A DNA stretch of 64,000 bases from Pseudomonadota bacterium (lineage in GTDB: Bacteria > Pseudomonadota > Alphaproteobacteria > Micavibrionales > UBA1664). A model generated the notes under the pieces. The model was not told the origin of the DNA. It made no database searches and saw only the letters and a list, made by a program, of their open reading frames with translations. The DNA lies in assembly GCA_009926935.1 (NCBI GenBank), contig RFNZ01000003.1, positions 98,551 through 162,550 of the forward strand, given 5' to 3'. Below are positions 17,531 through 26,552 of this stretch, piece by piece. Both the position numbers and the translations under genes were made by a program. Positions within the stretch are counted from its first letter, which is position 1. The number at the start of each line of letters is the position of its first letter.

Positions 17531-19671
17531 TTTTGAGGGCCTTCAAAATCAACCCATCCTTTGCGTTCGGGCGAGGCATTAAAGAAAAGCTGCCCTGCAA
17601 ATCCTATGCCCTCAAGCGCGTTTGCATAGCGGGCACGTACGTTTTCACGCATGGCGGGGCTTAGGGGTTTTTCGGTCCTGAGGGTTACATCCAGTTTTTT
17701 ATCGATCGAGAGGCCGTCTATCTGCAAGTCGCCCATTCGTGTCAGGTTTACATCCATTACAAAGCGCGTGCCGGATTTTTTTTGCCCAGGACTACCTTCG
17801 GCATCTCTTTCAAAAGTCCGGCTGTGAAGTGCGATACGGCTGATCTCCTGACCATAGATCATTGGCAGTGTCAGGGATTTCCATTCTCCTTTTGGGGCAT
17901 CGGCGTTTTCGCGCGATTGGGTTGAAAAATCCGAGGTTATGCGTGTCAGCGCTTCACCGCGCTTGATCGTGCGCAACATATCGGTGGTTTTTTCGCCAAG
18001 CCACTGTGTGATGTCGCCACCACGCAGTGCGGCTACGAACATCAGTACCGGTGCCGTAAAGGCGGCACCTCCGGGTTTTGGCAGGGCTGCTTGCAGCAAA
18101 GGCAGTGTCGTTTGCCCCTGTGGTTCCGAATGCAGAATGCCGAGCGCGTCATCAAGCGATGCCCATGCCTGCGAGGTAGCAAGAGATAAAGAAGCTGGTG
18201 CCGATGCCGGTGTTGCTGCAAGCGGTTGTGTTGCCGGAAGAACATCAAGGCGCAAGACCGTCGCGGGGGCAAGTCCGCGGGCGGGAAACTGCAATACCAT
18301 TAATGCCTGAGCCGGTTTTTGTGTTCCGTCCGGCATTGTCGTCATGGTCGAGAGCTCAAGTACAGGCAGGCCTTGGGGCGTTTGGCCTGCGACCGTTGCG
18401 AACATGACAGGCGATGTTGATGTGCCATGCAGCAGCGTTGCCATTTGAGGATTTTGGACGCTGATCATCGGCGCAGTCGGTAGGAGGGCTGTTACCCTTA
18501 CATCTGTTGCGGGGACTGTCTGATGCCCCTGTGCCAAGGCAGGCACGGTTATCGCTTGCTGATGCGGGAGAGGTGTCAGGTGAAGTGGCGTTTCGGTTCC
18601 CTTGCTCAATACGGGCGCCAGGGCGGGTGCTGCGTTTTGGATAGTAACCATTACGGGCTTTATCGTGCCTTGAGATATGCCAGCTACAGGTGTCTCAGGA
18701 CTGGCGAGCAGAGGTAAAAGCTGGCGTGTAAGTGTATCGGGCACGCTATTTAACGGCATGCCAAGGTTTGTTTTGATACCAAGAATCGTCGCGAGAGATG
18801 TCTGCAAGGGCGGTGCGTTTAACGGCACATCAGCGCCCGGGAATATCAGTGCTGACGGGGTTCCCGTGATCTGGAACGTATTCTGCGTTTGCGCAGAAGC
18901 GGCTTGTGAAAATGCAAGAGAAGGTTGAGGTGTGTTTTGCGGCATAGTCAGAACAGGTTGCCCCGATAAAACAGGCGTAAGCCTTACCAGTTGCCCTATG
19001 ACTAGCGGTTTTTGGGTAAAGACAGGGGCCGGTTGAGGTGGTGTTTCCGGTGTGTTTGCCGTCTTGAGTGCTGATTGAAGCGATGTTTTTAAAAACTCCA
19101 GAAGACCTTTAGGGCTTACCGGAGCCTCTGATATGGGTGCTGATATCTGCGGTTGCGTTTGTGGCGCCTGTGTATTTAGAGGTTGCGCTGTTTGCGGGAT
19201 GCCGGTTTTTTGAGCAGGCGGCATGACGATTGGCTGAGAGATGGGTGTGGTTACTGTTACTGCGGGTGGGTTTGCGTTAGGCAAGGGCTGTTGCGGTTGA
19301 TTGACGGTAGGAAGCGGTGTTGCTGCGGGTTGTTGCGGAAGGCGCGGCGTATCAGGCGGTAGCTGCGGCAAGGTTACGTTTACGGTGCGGGGCGGCGTGC
19401 CTGCGGGTATCTGCACTTCCACGGTTTGCCCGCGTTGGACGGTCTGCCCTTCAGGCAGTTTGACATCGATCGGCCCACGCGGGGTTGCAATACGCACCGT
19501 GCCGTCCGGATTTTGGGCTATGACTTCGCCTTTGAGTGTGATGGCCCGGTCTGTTGCCGTCAGGTTTTCAGGCAGTTTTACAACCTGTGCGCTTACGACT
19601 TCCCCCTCCGCAGGAGGTTGAGTTTGGGCCTGTGGCGGCGCGGGCGGAAGTGGTGGCTGGATGGTGGTCAC
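17509..19671 (-). CDS. Proline/glutamine-rich protein with FliK-like (Flg_hook-like) C-terminal domain
   Basis: 720 aa. The long P/Q/T/A-rich low-complexity body ends in FVMDVNLTRMGDLQIDGLSIDKKLDVTLRTEKPLSPAMRENVRARYANALEGIGF. This parallels the C-terminus of the FliK at 41303..43087. The start lies 21 nt after the flhG stop. Confidence 0.5.
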   Translation of the reverse strand: MTTIQPPLPPAPPQAQTQPPAEGEVVSAQVVKLPENLTATDRAITLKGEVIAQNPDGTVRIATPRGPIDVKLPEGQTVQRGQTVEVQIPAGTPPRTVNVTLPQLPPDTPRLPQQPAATPLPTVNQPQQPLPNANPPAVTVTTPISQPIVMPPAQKTGIPQTAQPLNTQAPQTQPQISAPISEAPVSPKGLLEFLKTSLQSALKTANTPETPPQPAPVFTQKPLVIGQLVRLTPVLSGQPVLTMPQNTPQPSLAFSQAASAQTQNTFQITGTPSALIFPGADVPLNAPPLQTSLATILGIKTNLGMPLNSVPDTLTRQLLPLLASPETPVAGISQGTIKPVMVTIQNAAPALAPVLSKGTETPLHLTPLPHQQAITVPALAQGHQTVPATDVRVTALLPTAPMISVQNPQMATLLHGTSTSPVMFATVAGQTPQGLPVLELSTMTTMPDGTQKPAQALMVLQFPARGLAPATVLRLDVLPATQPLAATPASAPASLSLATSQAWASLDDALGILHSEPQGQTTLPLLQAALPKPGGAAFTAPVLMFVAALRGGDITQWLGEKTTDMLRTIKRGEALTRITSDFSTQSRENADAPKGEWKSLTLPMIYGQEISRIALHSRTFERDAEGSPGQKKSGTRFVMDVNLTRMGDLQIDGLSIDKKLDVTLRTEKPLSPAMRENVRARYANALEGIGFAGQLFFNASPERKGWVDFEGPQNQRTTRA

Positions 19672-19692
19672 AGCACCATTTTAGCAGTTCGC

Positions 19693-20520
19693 TTAAGCAG
19701 CGGCAGCCTTTTTGAGCGTTTCATCAACGTAGCGGGCGATTTTTTCAATATCGCTGGCTGCTTCGCAGTTGGGCGAGCGGATGAGAAGCGGCGTCTGGTT
19801 ACGGATGCAGTCCTTCACCTTCGGATCGTGGCGAACCATACCGGCCATGGGCGGCGAGAGGCGCAAGAAGTTTTCACAGGCCTTGAGCAGTGTTTTGTAT
19901 GTCTTTTCGCCCTCAATCACGTTCTGTGCCTGATTGACGACGATGCTGATATTGCGCGACATGCCTGCGGCTGACCCCAGCTTGATGAAGGCATAAGCAT
20001 CGGTCAGGGATGTGGGTTCATCGGTTGCTACAAGCATCGTGCGGGTGGCGGAAGCTGCCATCATGCGTACCGTACGGTCCACACCGGCGCCAAGGTCGAT
20101 GACCACGCTGTCGTATTCGTGGCTGAGATCCATCAGCTGGTCGCGCAGCATCAGCAGGCGCTGCGTGGGCAGAGCCGAGAGCGATGCCTGGCCCGAGCGT
20201 CCGGCTACAATGTCAAACCCGCCTTCATCGTAACGCTGGACGACCTTATCGAGGCTGAGGCGGCCGCGGATGACGTCGTTCAGGTCTCGCTTGGGCATAA
20301 GGCCCAGCTGCACATCCACGTTAGCAAGCCCTAGATCGCCGTCAAACAGCAATACTTTTTTGCCCTGTTTTGAAAGTGCGTGGGCGAGGGAGATGGAAAA
20401 CCATGTCTTTCCCACCCCGCCTTTGCCTGAGGCAACGGCTATCACGTTATGGCCTCGTGTGAAGCCGCCTGTTTGTATGTTGTTATTGTCTGCGTTCTGC
20501 ACGACGATTGCTTCGTTCAT
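19693..20520 (-). CDS. flhG: MinD/ParA-type ATPase FlhG (FleN)
   Basis: Deviant Walker A VASGKGGVGKT. 275 aa. Sits immediately downstream of flhF. Confidence 0.85.
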   Translation of the reverse strand: MNEAIVVQNADNNNIQTGGFTRGHNVIAVASGKGGVGKTWFSISLAHALSKQGKKVLLFDGDLGLANVDVQLGLMPKRDLNDVIRGRLSLDKVVQRYDEGGFDIVAGRSGQASLSALPTQRLLMLRDQLMDLSHEYDSVVIDLGAGVDRTVRMMAASATRTMLVATDEPTSLTDAYAFIKLGSAAGMSRNISIVVNQAQNVIEGEKTYKTLLKACENFLRLSPPMAGMVRHDPKVKDCIRNQTPLLIRSPNCEAASDIEKIARYVDETLKKAAAA

Positions 20521-20526
20521 GGCGTC

Positions 20527-21603
20527 CTATCCTGTACGTCTGATGGATTTGTTGGGGGCCGTTTGGGCGGCTCCGCGGGTGGTTGAGGGTCTTCCGCGCA
20601 TGGATGGCGGCAGAAGGAGATTGGAAAGACTTTGGGCTGACAATGTGACGATGCCGTCAGCTACCATTGGTGTATTTGATGCTTCGGAAAAAGCAATGCC
20701 GGAACGGCTGGCCGCTGCAAACAGTCCGCCCATACGCCTTGCTATATCAAGGCGTGTAGGCAGTAGGCGTTGGACGCCAAGCACGGCAAAACAACGCGCC
20801 ATCTCTGCGGATTCCTCGGCGTCACCACCTGCTGCCATGACCATCACCGGTTCAACCGCGCCGCTATCCATGAGGCCAGCCAAGCCCCGCATATCATCGA
20901 CATCAAAGGGGTTGCAGCCGCCAGTATCAATCAGGACCATGTCGCAGTCGCGGGTGGTTTCAAGGTGGGCGCGGAGTTCTTTTGCGTTACGTGATTTCTT
21001 GAGCTGGATTTGCAGAAGCTTGGTAAAAGCTTCCAGCTGCTCTACGCCGCCTGCGCGGATTGTATCCGTTGAGATCACGGCGGCTTTACGCCCAGCCATT
21101 ACGGCCCGGGCAGCCAGTTTTGCCGTGGCCAAAGTTTTGCCGGCGCCTGGGGCCCCAATTAGCATCAATGCCTTGTGCGATTTGAGAGGCAGCGGGGCGA
21201 ACGAGAATGTTTGCTCAAGGGCTGCACGCAGGGCGCTTTGCGGGTCCGGCATGCCCATCAGGGTTGCCGTTGAGAGTACGTTGTCGCTGATATCGGATGG
21301 GAAACCGTGGCGTAAGAGCGTATCCGTCAGTACTTCGTTGATTGCATCTTCCGCGTCTTCCTCCAGATCGTATTGCAGGTAATCCTGAGGGATGCCTGCG
21401 CTGGGGCGGCGCGCGGTACGCGGTTTGGGTGCGATTTCAAAAGCGGGGCCGTCATCCATGCGATCGATCGCGGCGGTTACGCGCACACTGCGGCCGCCAT
21501 TCTCCTCACGGGTGGCGACAATAATCGCATCCTCACCCAGTGCTTCGCGGATCATTTGCATCGCTTCCGTCATGGTCTTTGCATAAAACGATTTTAGCCG
21601 CAT
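20527..21603 (-). CDS. flhF: Flagellar biosynthesis GTPase FlhF (SRP-type)
   Basis: G1 LIGAPGAGKT and G3 LIDTGG motifs with SRP54-type GTPase order. Sits downstream of flhA. Confidence 0.85.
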   Translation of the reverse strand: MRLKSFYAKTMTEAMQMIREALGEDAIIVATREENGGRSVRVTAAIDRMDDGPAFEIAPKPRTARRPSAGIPQDYLQYDLEEDAEDAINEVLTDTLLRHGFPSDISDNVLSTATLMGMPDPQSALRAALEQTFSFAPLPLKSHKALMLIGAPGAGKTLATAKLAARAVMAGRKAAVISTDTIRAGGVEQLEAFTKLLQIQLKKSRNAKELRAHLETTRDCDMVLIDTGGCNPFDVDDMRGLAGLMDSGAVEPVMVMAAGGDAEESAEMARCFAVLGVQRLLPTRLDIARRMGGLFAAASRSGIAFSEASNTPMVADGIVTLSAQSLSNLLLPPSMRGRPSTTRGAAQTAPNKSIRRTG

Positions 21604-21738
21604 GGATTGGCAGCCTTTGAACGAATCATAAGGAAATTATCAGGCCTGATTCGTTAAAAGTCCAGTGATACAGCGGGGTTGGGGGGTAGGCGGCTTTTAC
21701 CGTGCCCTCAACGCAAAAGTCTTAAAATTTTATTAACG

Positions 21739-23832
21739 TTAAATCTGCCCAACCGTCTTTATGCGGACTTTGGGGTGAATTTCGTTCTGTGACATGACTA
21801 CGGTCGAGGTCCTGAAACGCTCGATTACCGAGCGTACGTAGGGCCTTATGCCGGGTGATGTGAGCAGGACAGGGGCTTCACCGCGGCTTTGGAAATCTTC
21901 ATAGATGTCACGGACACGGGCGATAAACTGCTGGAGCTGCGAGGGGGGCATAACCAGCTGACGTTCCTCGCCTTCGCCCATCAGGCTGTCGGCGAATGCC
22001 TGTTCCCAGTCCGGCGATAGGGTTACGAGCGGTACCACGCCGTGCACGTTCATGTTGGATGTACATATCTGGCGGGCAAGGCGGCTGCGCACATGTTCGG
22101 TAATCAGGGCCACGCTTTTTGTATAGAGCGCGGCCTCCGATATGCCTTCCAGTATGGTTGGCATGTCGCGGATGGAAATGCGTTCCGACAGAAGGTTTTG
22201 AAGCACACGCTGAAGGCCGGACAGAGAGAGTTGTGCCGGTATGACATCGGCCACCAGTTTCTGGAACGGTTTTGCAAGTTCGTCGAGCAGCTTTTGCGTT
22301 TCCGTGTAGGACAGCAGGTCGGCCATGTTGTCTTTTACGATCTCGGTTATGTGCGTTGTGACAACCGTGGAGGCATCGACAACCGTGTATCCCCTAAAAT
22401 TGGCTTCCTCGCGGTATTGCTCGTCAATCCACATGGCAGGCAGGCCAAAGGTGGGTTCGGTTGTGGCCTCGCCCGGCAGGCTTATTGGATCGCCCGATGG
22501 GTCCATGCATAAAAGCATACCCGGCCTAACCGTGCCGCGGCCTGCATCGATCTCCTTGATCCTGACGACATAGTCACTTGCCTGCAGTTGCAGGTTGTCC
22601 TGTATGCGCACGCTTGGCAGCACGAACCCCATCTCTTCGGCGAGTTGCCTGCGCAGGCCCTTTATTTGGTCCGTCAGCTTGTGGCCTTCGCCGTTGACGA
22701 GCGCCAGCAGGCCATAGCCCAGTTCGAGACGGATGATATCCATCGCAAGTGATTTCGATATGGGTTCTTCGGCCGGTTTGACTTTGGATGCCTCGCTTGC
22801 GGCAATTTGCAGTTTTTTTTGTGCGACCTGCTTTATCTCTTTTTGCAGGTACCACGATAGAAACCCGGTAAGCAGGGCCAGCGTTGCAAAAGGCAGGAGT
22901 GGCAGGCCAGGCATCAGCGCCATGAAACCCATCGTGCCTGATGTGAGGGCAAGACCTTTGGGGTACTGTGAAAACTGTTTGAACAGTGCCTTGTCGGCTG
23001 ACCCAGCAACGCCGCCTTTTGAAACCAAAAGGCCCGCCGCAATCGAAACCAGCAGGGCAGGTACCTGAGAAACCAGACCGTCACCCACTGTCAAGTAGGT
23101 GTAAGTTTTTGTGGCCTCGCCGAAATCGAGCTCGTGCTGAACCGTACCGATGATGATCCCGCCTATGATGTTGACGAAGGTGATGATAAGGCCTGCAATA
23201 GCATCACCGCGTACGAACTTGGCCGCACCGTCCATGGCCCCGTAGAAATTGCTTTCCTGCTCGAGGTCTGTGCGGCGTTTGCGGGCTTCGTCTTCTGTAA
23301 TCAATCCTGCCGACATATCGCTGTCGATGGCCATTTGTTTGCCGGGCATCGCATCCAAGCTAAAGCGGGCTGCAACCTCGGCGATACGGCCGGAACCTTT
23401 TGTGATAACCACAAAGTTGATGATGATCAGGATTGCGAAAACGATAATACCGATCACAAAGTTATCGCCCATGATAAAGGCGCCGAATGCCTTGATCACG
23501 TGACCCGCGGCATCCAGCCCCTCGTGCCCGTCGGCCAGAATGAGGCGCGTTGTAGCCACGTTGAGCGATAGGCGCAGCATGGTGGCCAGCAGAAGCACGG
23601 TCGGGAATGTCGTAAAATCCAGCGGGCGCTCGATGAAGAGAACCGTCATCAGGATCAAGACTGAAAAAGTGATCGAGAGCGCCAGCGATATATCAAGCAG
23701 CCATGTAGGCAGCGGAAAAATAAGCCCGCAGATAATGGCAATGATGCCGAGCGCGAGCAAAATATCGCCACGCCCCATGGACGCCTTAAGGGCGTCCATT
23801 CCGCTCATTCCGCCTGCTGCCGGTTCCGCCAT
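21739..23832 (-). CDS. flhA: Flagellar export apparatus protein FlhA
   Basis: 697 aa. N-terminal polytopic domain with the FHIPEP-type sequence (RFSLDAMPGKQMAIDSD) and a large cytoplasmic C-domain. Confidence 0.95.
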   Translation of the reverse strand: MAEPAAGGMSGMDALKASMGRGDILLALGIIAIICGLIFPLPTWLLDISLALSITFSVLILMTVLFIERPLDFTTFPTVLLLATMLRLSLNVATTRLILADGHEGLDAAGHVIKAFGAFIMGDNFVIGIIVFAILIIINFVVITKGSGRIAEVAARFSLDAMPGKQMAIDSDMSAGLITEDEARKRRTDLEQESNFYGAMDGAAKFVRGDAIAGLIITFVNIIGGIIIGTVQHELDFGEATKTYTYLTVGDGLVSQVPALLVSIAAGLLVSKGGVAGSADKALFKQFSQYPKGLALTSGTMGFMALMPGLPLLPFATLALLTGFLSWYLQKEIKQVAQKKLQIAASEASKVKPAEEPISKSLAMDIIRLELGYGLLALVNGEGHKLTDQIKGLRRQLAEEMGFVLPSVRIQDNLQLQASDYVVRIKEIDAGRGTVRPGMLLCMDPSGDPISLPGEATTEPTFGLPAMWIDEQYREEANFRGYTVVDASTVVTTHITEIVKDNMADLLSYTETQKLLDELAKPFQKLVADVIPAQLSLSGLQRVLQNLLSERISIRDMPTILEGISEAALYTKSVALITEHVRSRLARQICTSNMNVHGVVPLVTLSPDWEQAFADSLMGEGEERQLVMPPSQLQQFIARVRDIYEDFQSRGEAPVLLTSPGIRPYVRSVIERFRTSTVVMSQNEIHPKVRIKTVGQI

Positions 23833-23858
23833 AGAATCCTTATATAGTCCTTTTGGCG

Positions 23859-23888
23859 ATTATATCAGTGGTTTCAGCTGTTTAACAA
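23859..23888 (-). promoter_or_regulatory. Candidate sigma70-type promoter for flhA
   Basis: On the minus strand, TTGTTA-N18-TATAAT lies within the 56-bp flbD-flhA gap. AAGGA RBS follows. Confidence 0.3.
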
Positions 23889-25169
23889 TCAGGGTTCTTG
23901 CCCGTATTCCTTAAGCTTGTTTCTGAGGGTACGGATCGAGATACCCAGGATTTTGGCCGCTGTCGTGCGGTTGCCCAGCACGTGGTCGAGGGTATCCAAA
24001 ATAAGTTTCTTTTCCATGTCGGCCACGGTTGAGCCGATTTTTGAGGCAGGGGCCGCTGTCGCCACCGCCGCTTCATCGGAAATGATGACGGCATCGGCCT
24101 CGATTTCATCCTCGCCTGAAATCAGGATTGCGCGGTGCATCGCGTTTTCAAGTTCGCGCACGTTGCCGCGCCAGTCGCTGCCCAGAATTTTGGTTTGTGC
24201 GGCTTTTGACAGTTTCTTTTTGGGAACGCCGTTTACCTCGGCATATTTATCGACATAGAACTGCGCGAGCGGCACCAAATCGCCTTTGCGCTCACGGAGT
24301 GGCGGCAGGTGGATGTTGACCACGTTAAGACGGAAGTAAAGATCTTCCCTGAAATCGCCTTTGGCGACGCTATCCTTCAGGTTGCGGTTGCTGGTGGCAA
24401 TGATGCGCACATTAATTTTGACGGGTTCCTTGCCGCCGATACGGTCGATGACACGTTCCTGTATCGCGCGCAGCAGTTTGGCCTGCAGGCTCGGATGCAT
24501 TTCCGAGACTTCGTCGAGCAACAATGTGCCGCCTGTGGCTTCCTCAAATTTACCGATGCGGCGGCCTACAGCGCCCGTAAAAGCACCTTTTTCGTGGCCG
24601 AATAATTCGGATTCCAACAGGTTTTCCGGTATCGCCGCGCAGTTGAGGGCGATAAAAGGCCCATCCTTGCGTTTGGATTTTTTGTGGATGTGGCGCGACA
24701 TCACTTCCTTACCCGTACCTGATTCGCCGGTGATCATGACCGTGGCCTCGGATGGGGCCACTTGATCCGCCAGTTTGAGCACTTTTTGCATCGCGGGGTC
24801 GGATGCGATCATGGATGTTTGGTCTTCGGTCACGGCTTCGATGACGGCGGCGATCAAATCCGGATCGGGGGGCAGGGGTACGTATTCCTTTGCACCGGCT
24901 TTGATGGCTTTGACGGCGGCGGCGCCATCGGCCCCGACACCGCAGGCAACGACCGGGATTGCAAACCTCTCGGCATTCAGGGCTTCAATGAAGGCTGCGA
25001 TGTTTTGTTTGACGTCAATCATAACAACATCCGCGCCCTTGCCGTTGCGAAGGGCGCCTAAAGCCTGCTGGTAGTCATCGCAGTGAACAACTTTGGCCCC
25101 GCGCTGCAGGGCTATTTTGCCGGCGGCGCTGATATGACCTTCCAGATGACCGATAATCATGAGACGCAT
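23889..25169 (-). CDS. flbD: Sigma54-dependent transcriptional activator FlbD (degenerate receiver + AAA+ + Fis-type HTH)
   Basis: Walker A GESGTGKE, GAFTGA loop (EKGAFTGA), and C-terminal HTH (NRTTAAKILGISIRTLRNKL). The N-terminal receiver lacks the DD acidic pair (MRLMIIGHLEGH). Confidence 0.85.
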   Translation of the reverse strand: MRLMIIGHLEGHISAAGKIALQRGAKVVHCDDYQQALGALRNGKGADVVMIDVKQNIAAFIEALNAERFAIPVVACGVGADGAAAVKAIKAGAKEYVPLPPDPDLIAAVIEAVTEDQTSMIASDPAMQKVLKLADQVAPSEATVMITGESGTGKEVMSRHIHKKSKRKDGPFIALNCAAIPENLLESELFGHEKGAFTGAVGRRIGKFEEATGGTLLLDEVSEMHPSLQAKLLRAIQERVIDRIGGKEPVKINVRIIATSNRNLKDSVAKGDFREDLYFRLNVVNIHLPPLRERKGDLVPLAQFYVDKYAEVNGVPKKKLSKAAQTKILGSDWRGNVRELENAMHRAILISGEDEIEADAVIISDEAAVATAAPASKIGSTVADMEKKLILDTLDHVLGNRTTAAKILGISIRTLRNKLKEYGQEP

Positions 25170-25270
25170 CGACGTATTTCCCTATTTTGGGGCCAGTGTA
25201 GCGCGTTCATCGGTTTTATCAACACTCTGTTATTTAAACAGATTTTAGGGGCCTTTCAGTTCGTTCGCAT

Positions 25271-25304
25271 GAAAAAATAAACGCCGGACAGACCACCGGC
25301 GTTT
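25271..25304 (-). terminator. Rho-independent terminator after motA
   Basis: On the minus strand, AAACGCCGG-8 nt loop-CCGGCGTTT is followed by ATTTTTT. It begins ~29 nt after the motA stop. Confidence 0.8.
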
Positions 25305-25332
25305 ATATGCTGATTGTACCCAATTTCGGACC

Positions 25333-26205
25333 TTATTGCGAGAAGTAGCGGATGCGCTCGCCGGGCGGCAAGAGCATGTTGAGCTCGTTCTCGAGCTTTC
25401 TCGGGTGATCTTGCCGTGCCATGGATACGACTGCGGCCAAAACCATGTCTTTTATCATGACGTCGTCGGATGAATTGCGTTCGAGTTTGTTGGCAAGCGG
25501 CATCAGAAATACCGTCGACATAATGGCGCCGTAAAAGGTTGTGAGGAGGGCGATAGCCATGGACGGGCCGATTTTTGACGGGTCATCCAATTGGTTGAGC
25601 ATTTGCACGAGACCCACAAGCGTACCGACAAGGCCCATCGCGGGTGCCACTTCAGCCGCCCTGCGACCAATACTGGCTGTGCGTTTGTGGCGTTCGATGA
25701 GGGCCTCGATATCCTGAGTCAGGATGCGGTTGATTTCATCGGCGTTATAGCCGTCAGCAATAAACGTGATGGCCTGATGGAGGAAGGGATCCTTGCGGGT
25801 TTCCGGCTCGATTTGTGACAGTGACAGCGGCCCTTTGGATTTAACCAGAACCGCAATATCCAAAAGCTGGCGAGCCATGGTAGACGGGCGGCGCACGCTT
25901 TTGACAAGAGATGAGCGGAATATCTGTACCGCGCGTTTGAGCTCATCCGAGGAAAAAGAGACAGCCGTGATGGCAAAGGTACCAAAGAAAACCATCAGTA
26001 CCGAGGGTAGGTCGTAGAAAGAGGAGAGGCTGCCTGTGAGATAAAGAGCGGCGCCAATCAGGATAATAGAGAGAATGAGCCCCATGATGGTTGCCATATC
26101 AAACCGCTTTTTGGGACGGACGATTTTTATGGCACCTGCCAGACGGCTTACGCCGCCACCTGAAGAGGGGGCTGCCTCGGATGTTGCTGTCGCTTCTTCT
26201 GCCAT
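25333..26205 (-). CDS. motA: Flagellar stator protein MotA (MotA/TolQ/ExbB family)
   Basis: Four-TM layout with a large loop between TM2 and TM3. C-terminal APAMGLVGTLVGLV...LLTTFYGAIMS...PLANKL. An internal Met at 26097 is an alternative start. Confidence 0.8.
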   Translation of the reverse strand: MAEEATATSEAAPSSGGGVSRLAGAIKIVRPKKRFDMATIMGLILSIILIGAALYLTGSLSSFYDLPSVLMVFFGTFAITAVSFSSDELKRAVQIFRSSLVKSVRRPSTMARQLLDIAVLVKSKGPLSLSQIEPETRKDPFLHQAITFIADGYNADEINRILTQDIEALIERHKRTASIGRRAAEVAPAMGLVGTLVGLVQMLNQLDDPSKIGPSMAIALLTTFYGAIMSTVFLMPLANKLERNSSDDVMIKDMVLAAVVSMARQDHPRKLENELNMLLPPGERIRYFSQ

Positions 26206-26210
26206 TATTT

Positions 26211-26552
26211 TTACGAGCGGTCGGATTTGATGATTTCGGTCATTGTGATGCCAAGCTTATCTTCAACGACCACAACTTCACCACGGGCGACAAGACGGTT
26301 ATTGACATAGATATCGATAGCCTCACCCACTTTGCGGTCAAGTTCGACCACGGCACCACGGCCCAGTTTGAGCAGTTGGCTGACCTGCATGGTTGAGCGC
26401 CCAAGTACGGCAGAAATCTGGACCGGGATGTCGTAAATCGCCTCGACATCCTTGGCCATGGGCTCGCCCACCTCGTGCTCGAACTTTTCGTTCTCAGCGC
26501 TGGCATCTGACATTTCCTGCAAATTGAGGTCTTTGCCGCTGTTATCGGTCAT
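26211..26552 (-). CDS. fliN: Flagellar motor switch protein FliN
   Basis: SpoA/FliN C-terminal domain IPVQISAVLGRSTMQVSQLLKLGRGAVVELDRKVGEAIDIYVNNRLVARGEVVVV. Confidence 0.9.
   Translation of the reverse strand: MTDNSGKDLNLQEMSDASAENEKFEHEVGEPMAKDVEAIYDIPVQISAVLGRSTMQVSQLLKLGRGAVVELDRKVGEAIDIYVNNRLVARGEVVVVEDKLGITMTEIIKSDRS

Noticed and set aside
20270-21382. 370-aa plus-strand ORF.
   Set aside because: It is entirely antisense to flhF/flhG, which have clear GTPase and ATPase motifs. Its A/S/P/R-rich low-complexity composition is typical of a shadow ORF in GC-rich coding DNA.
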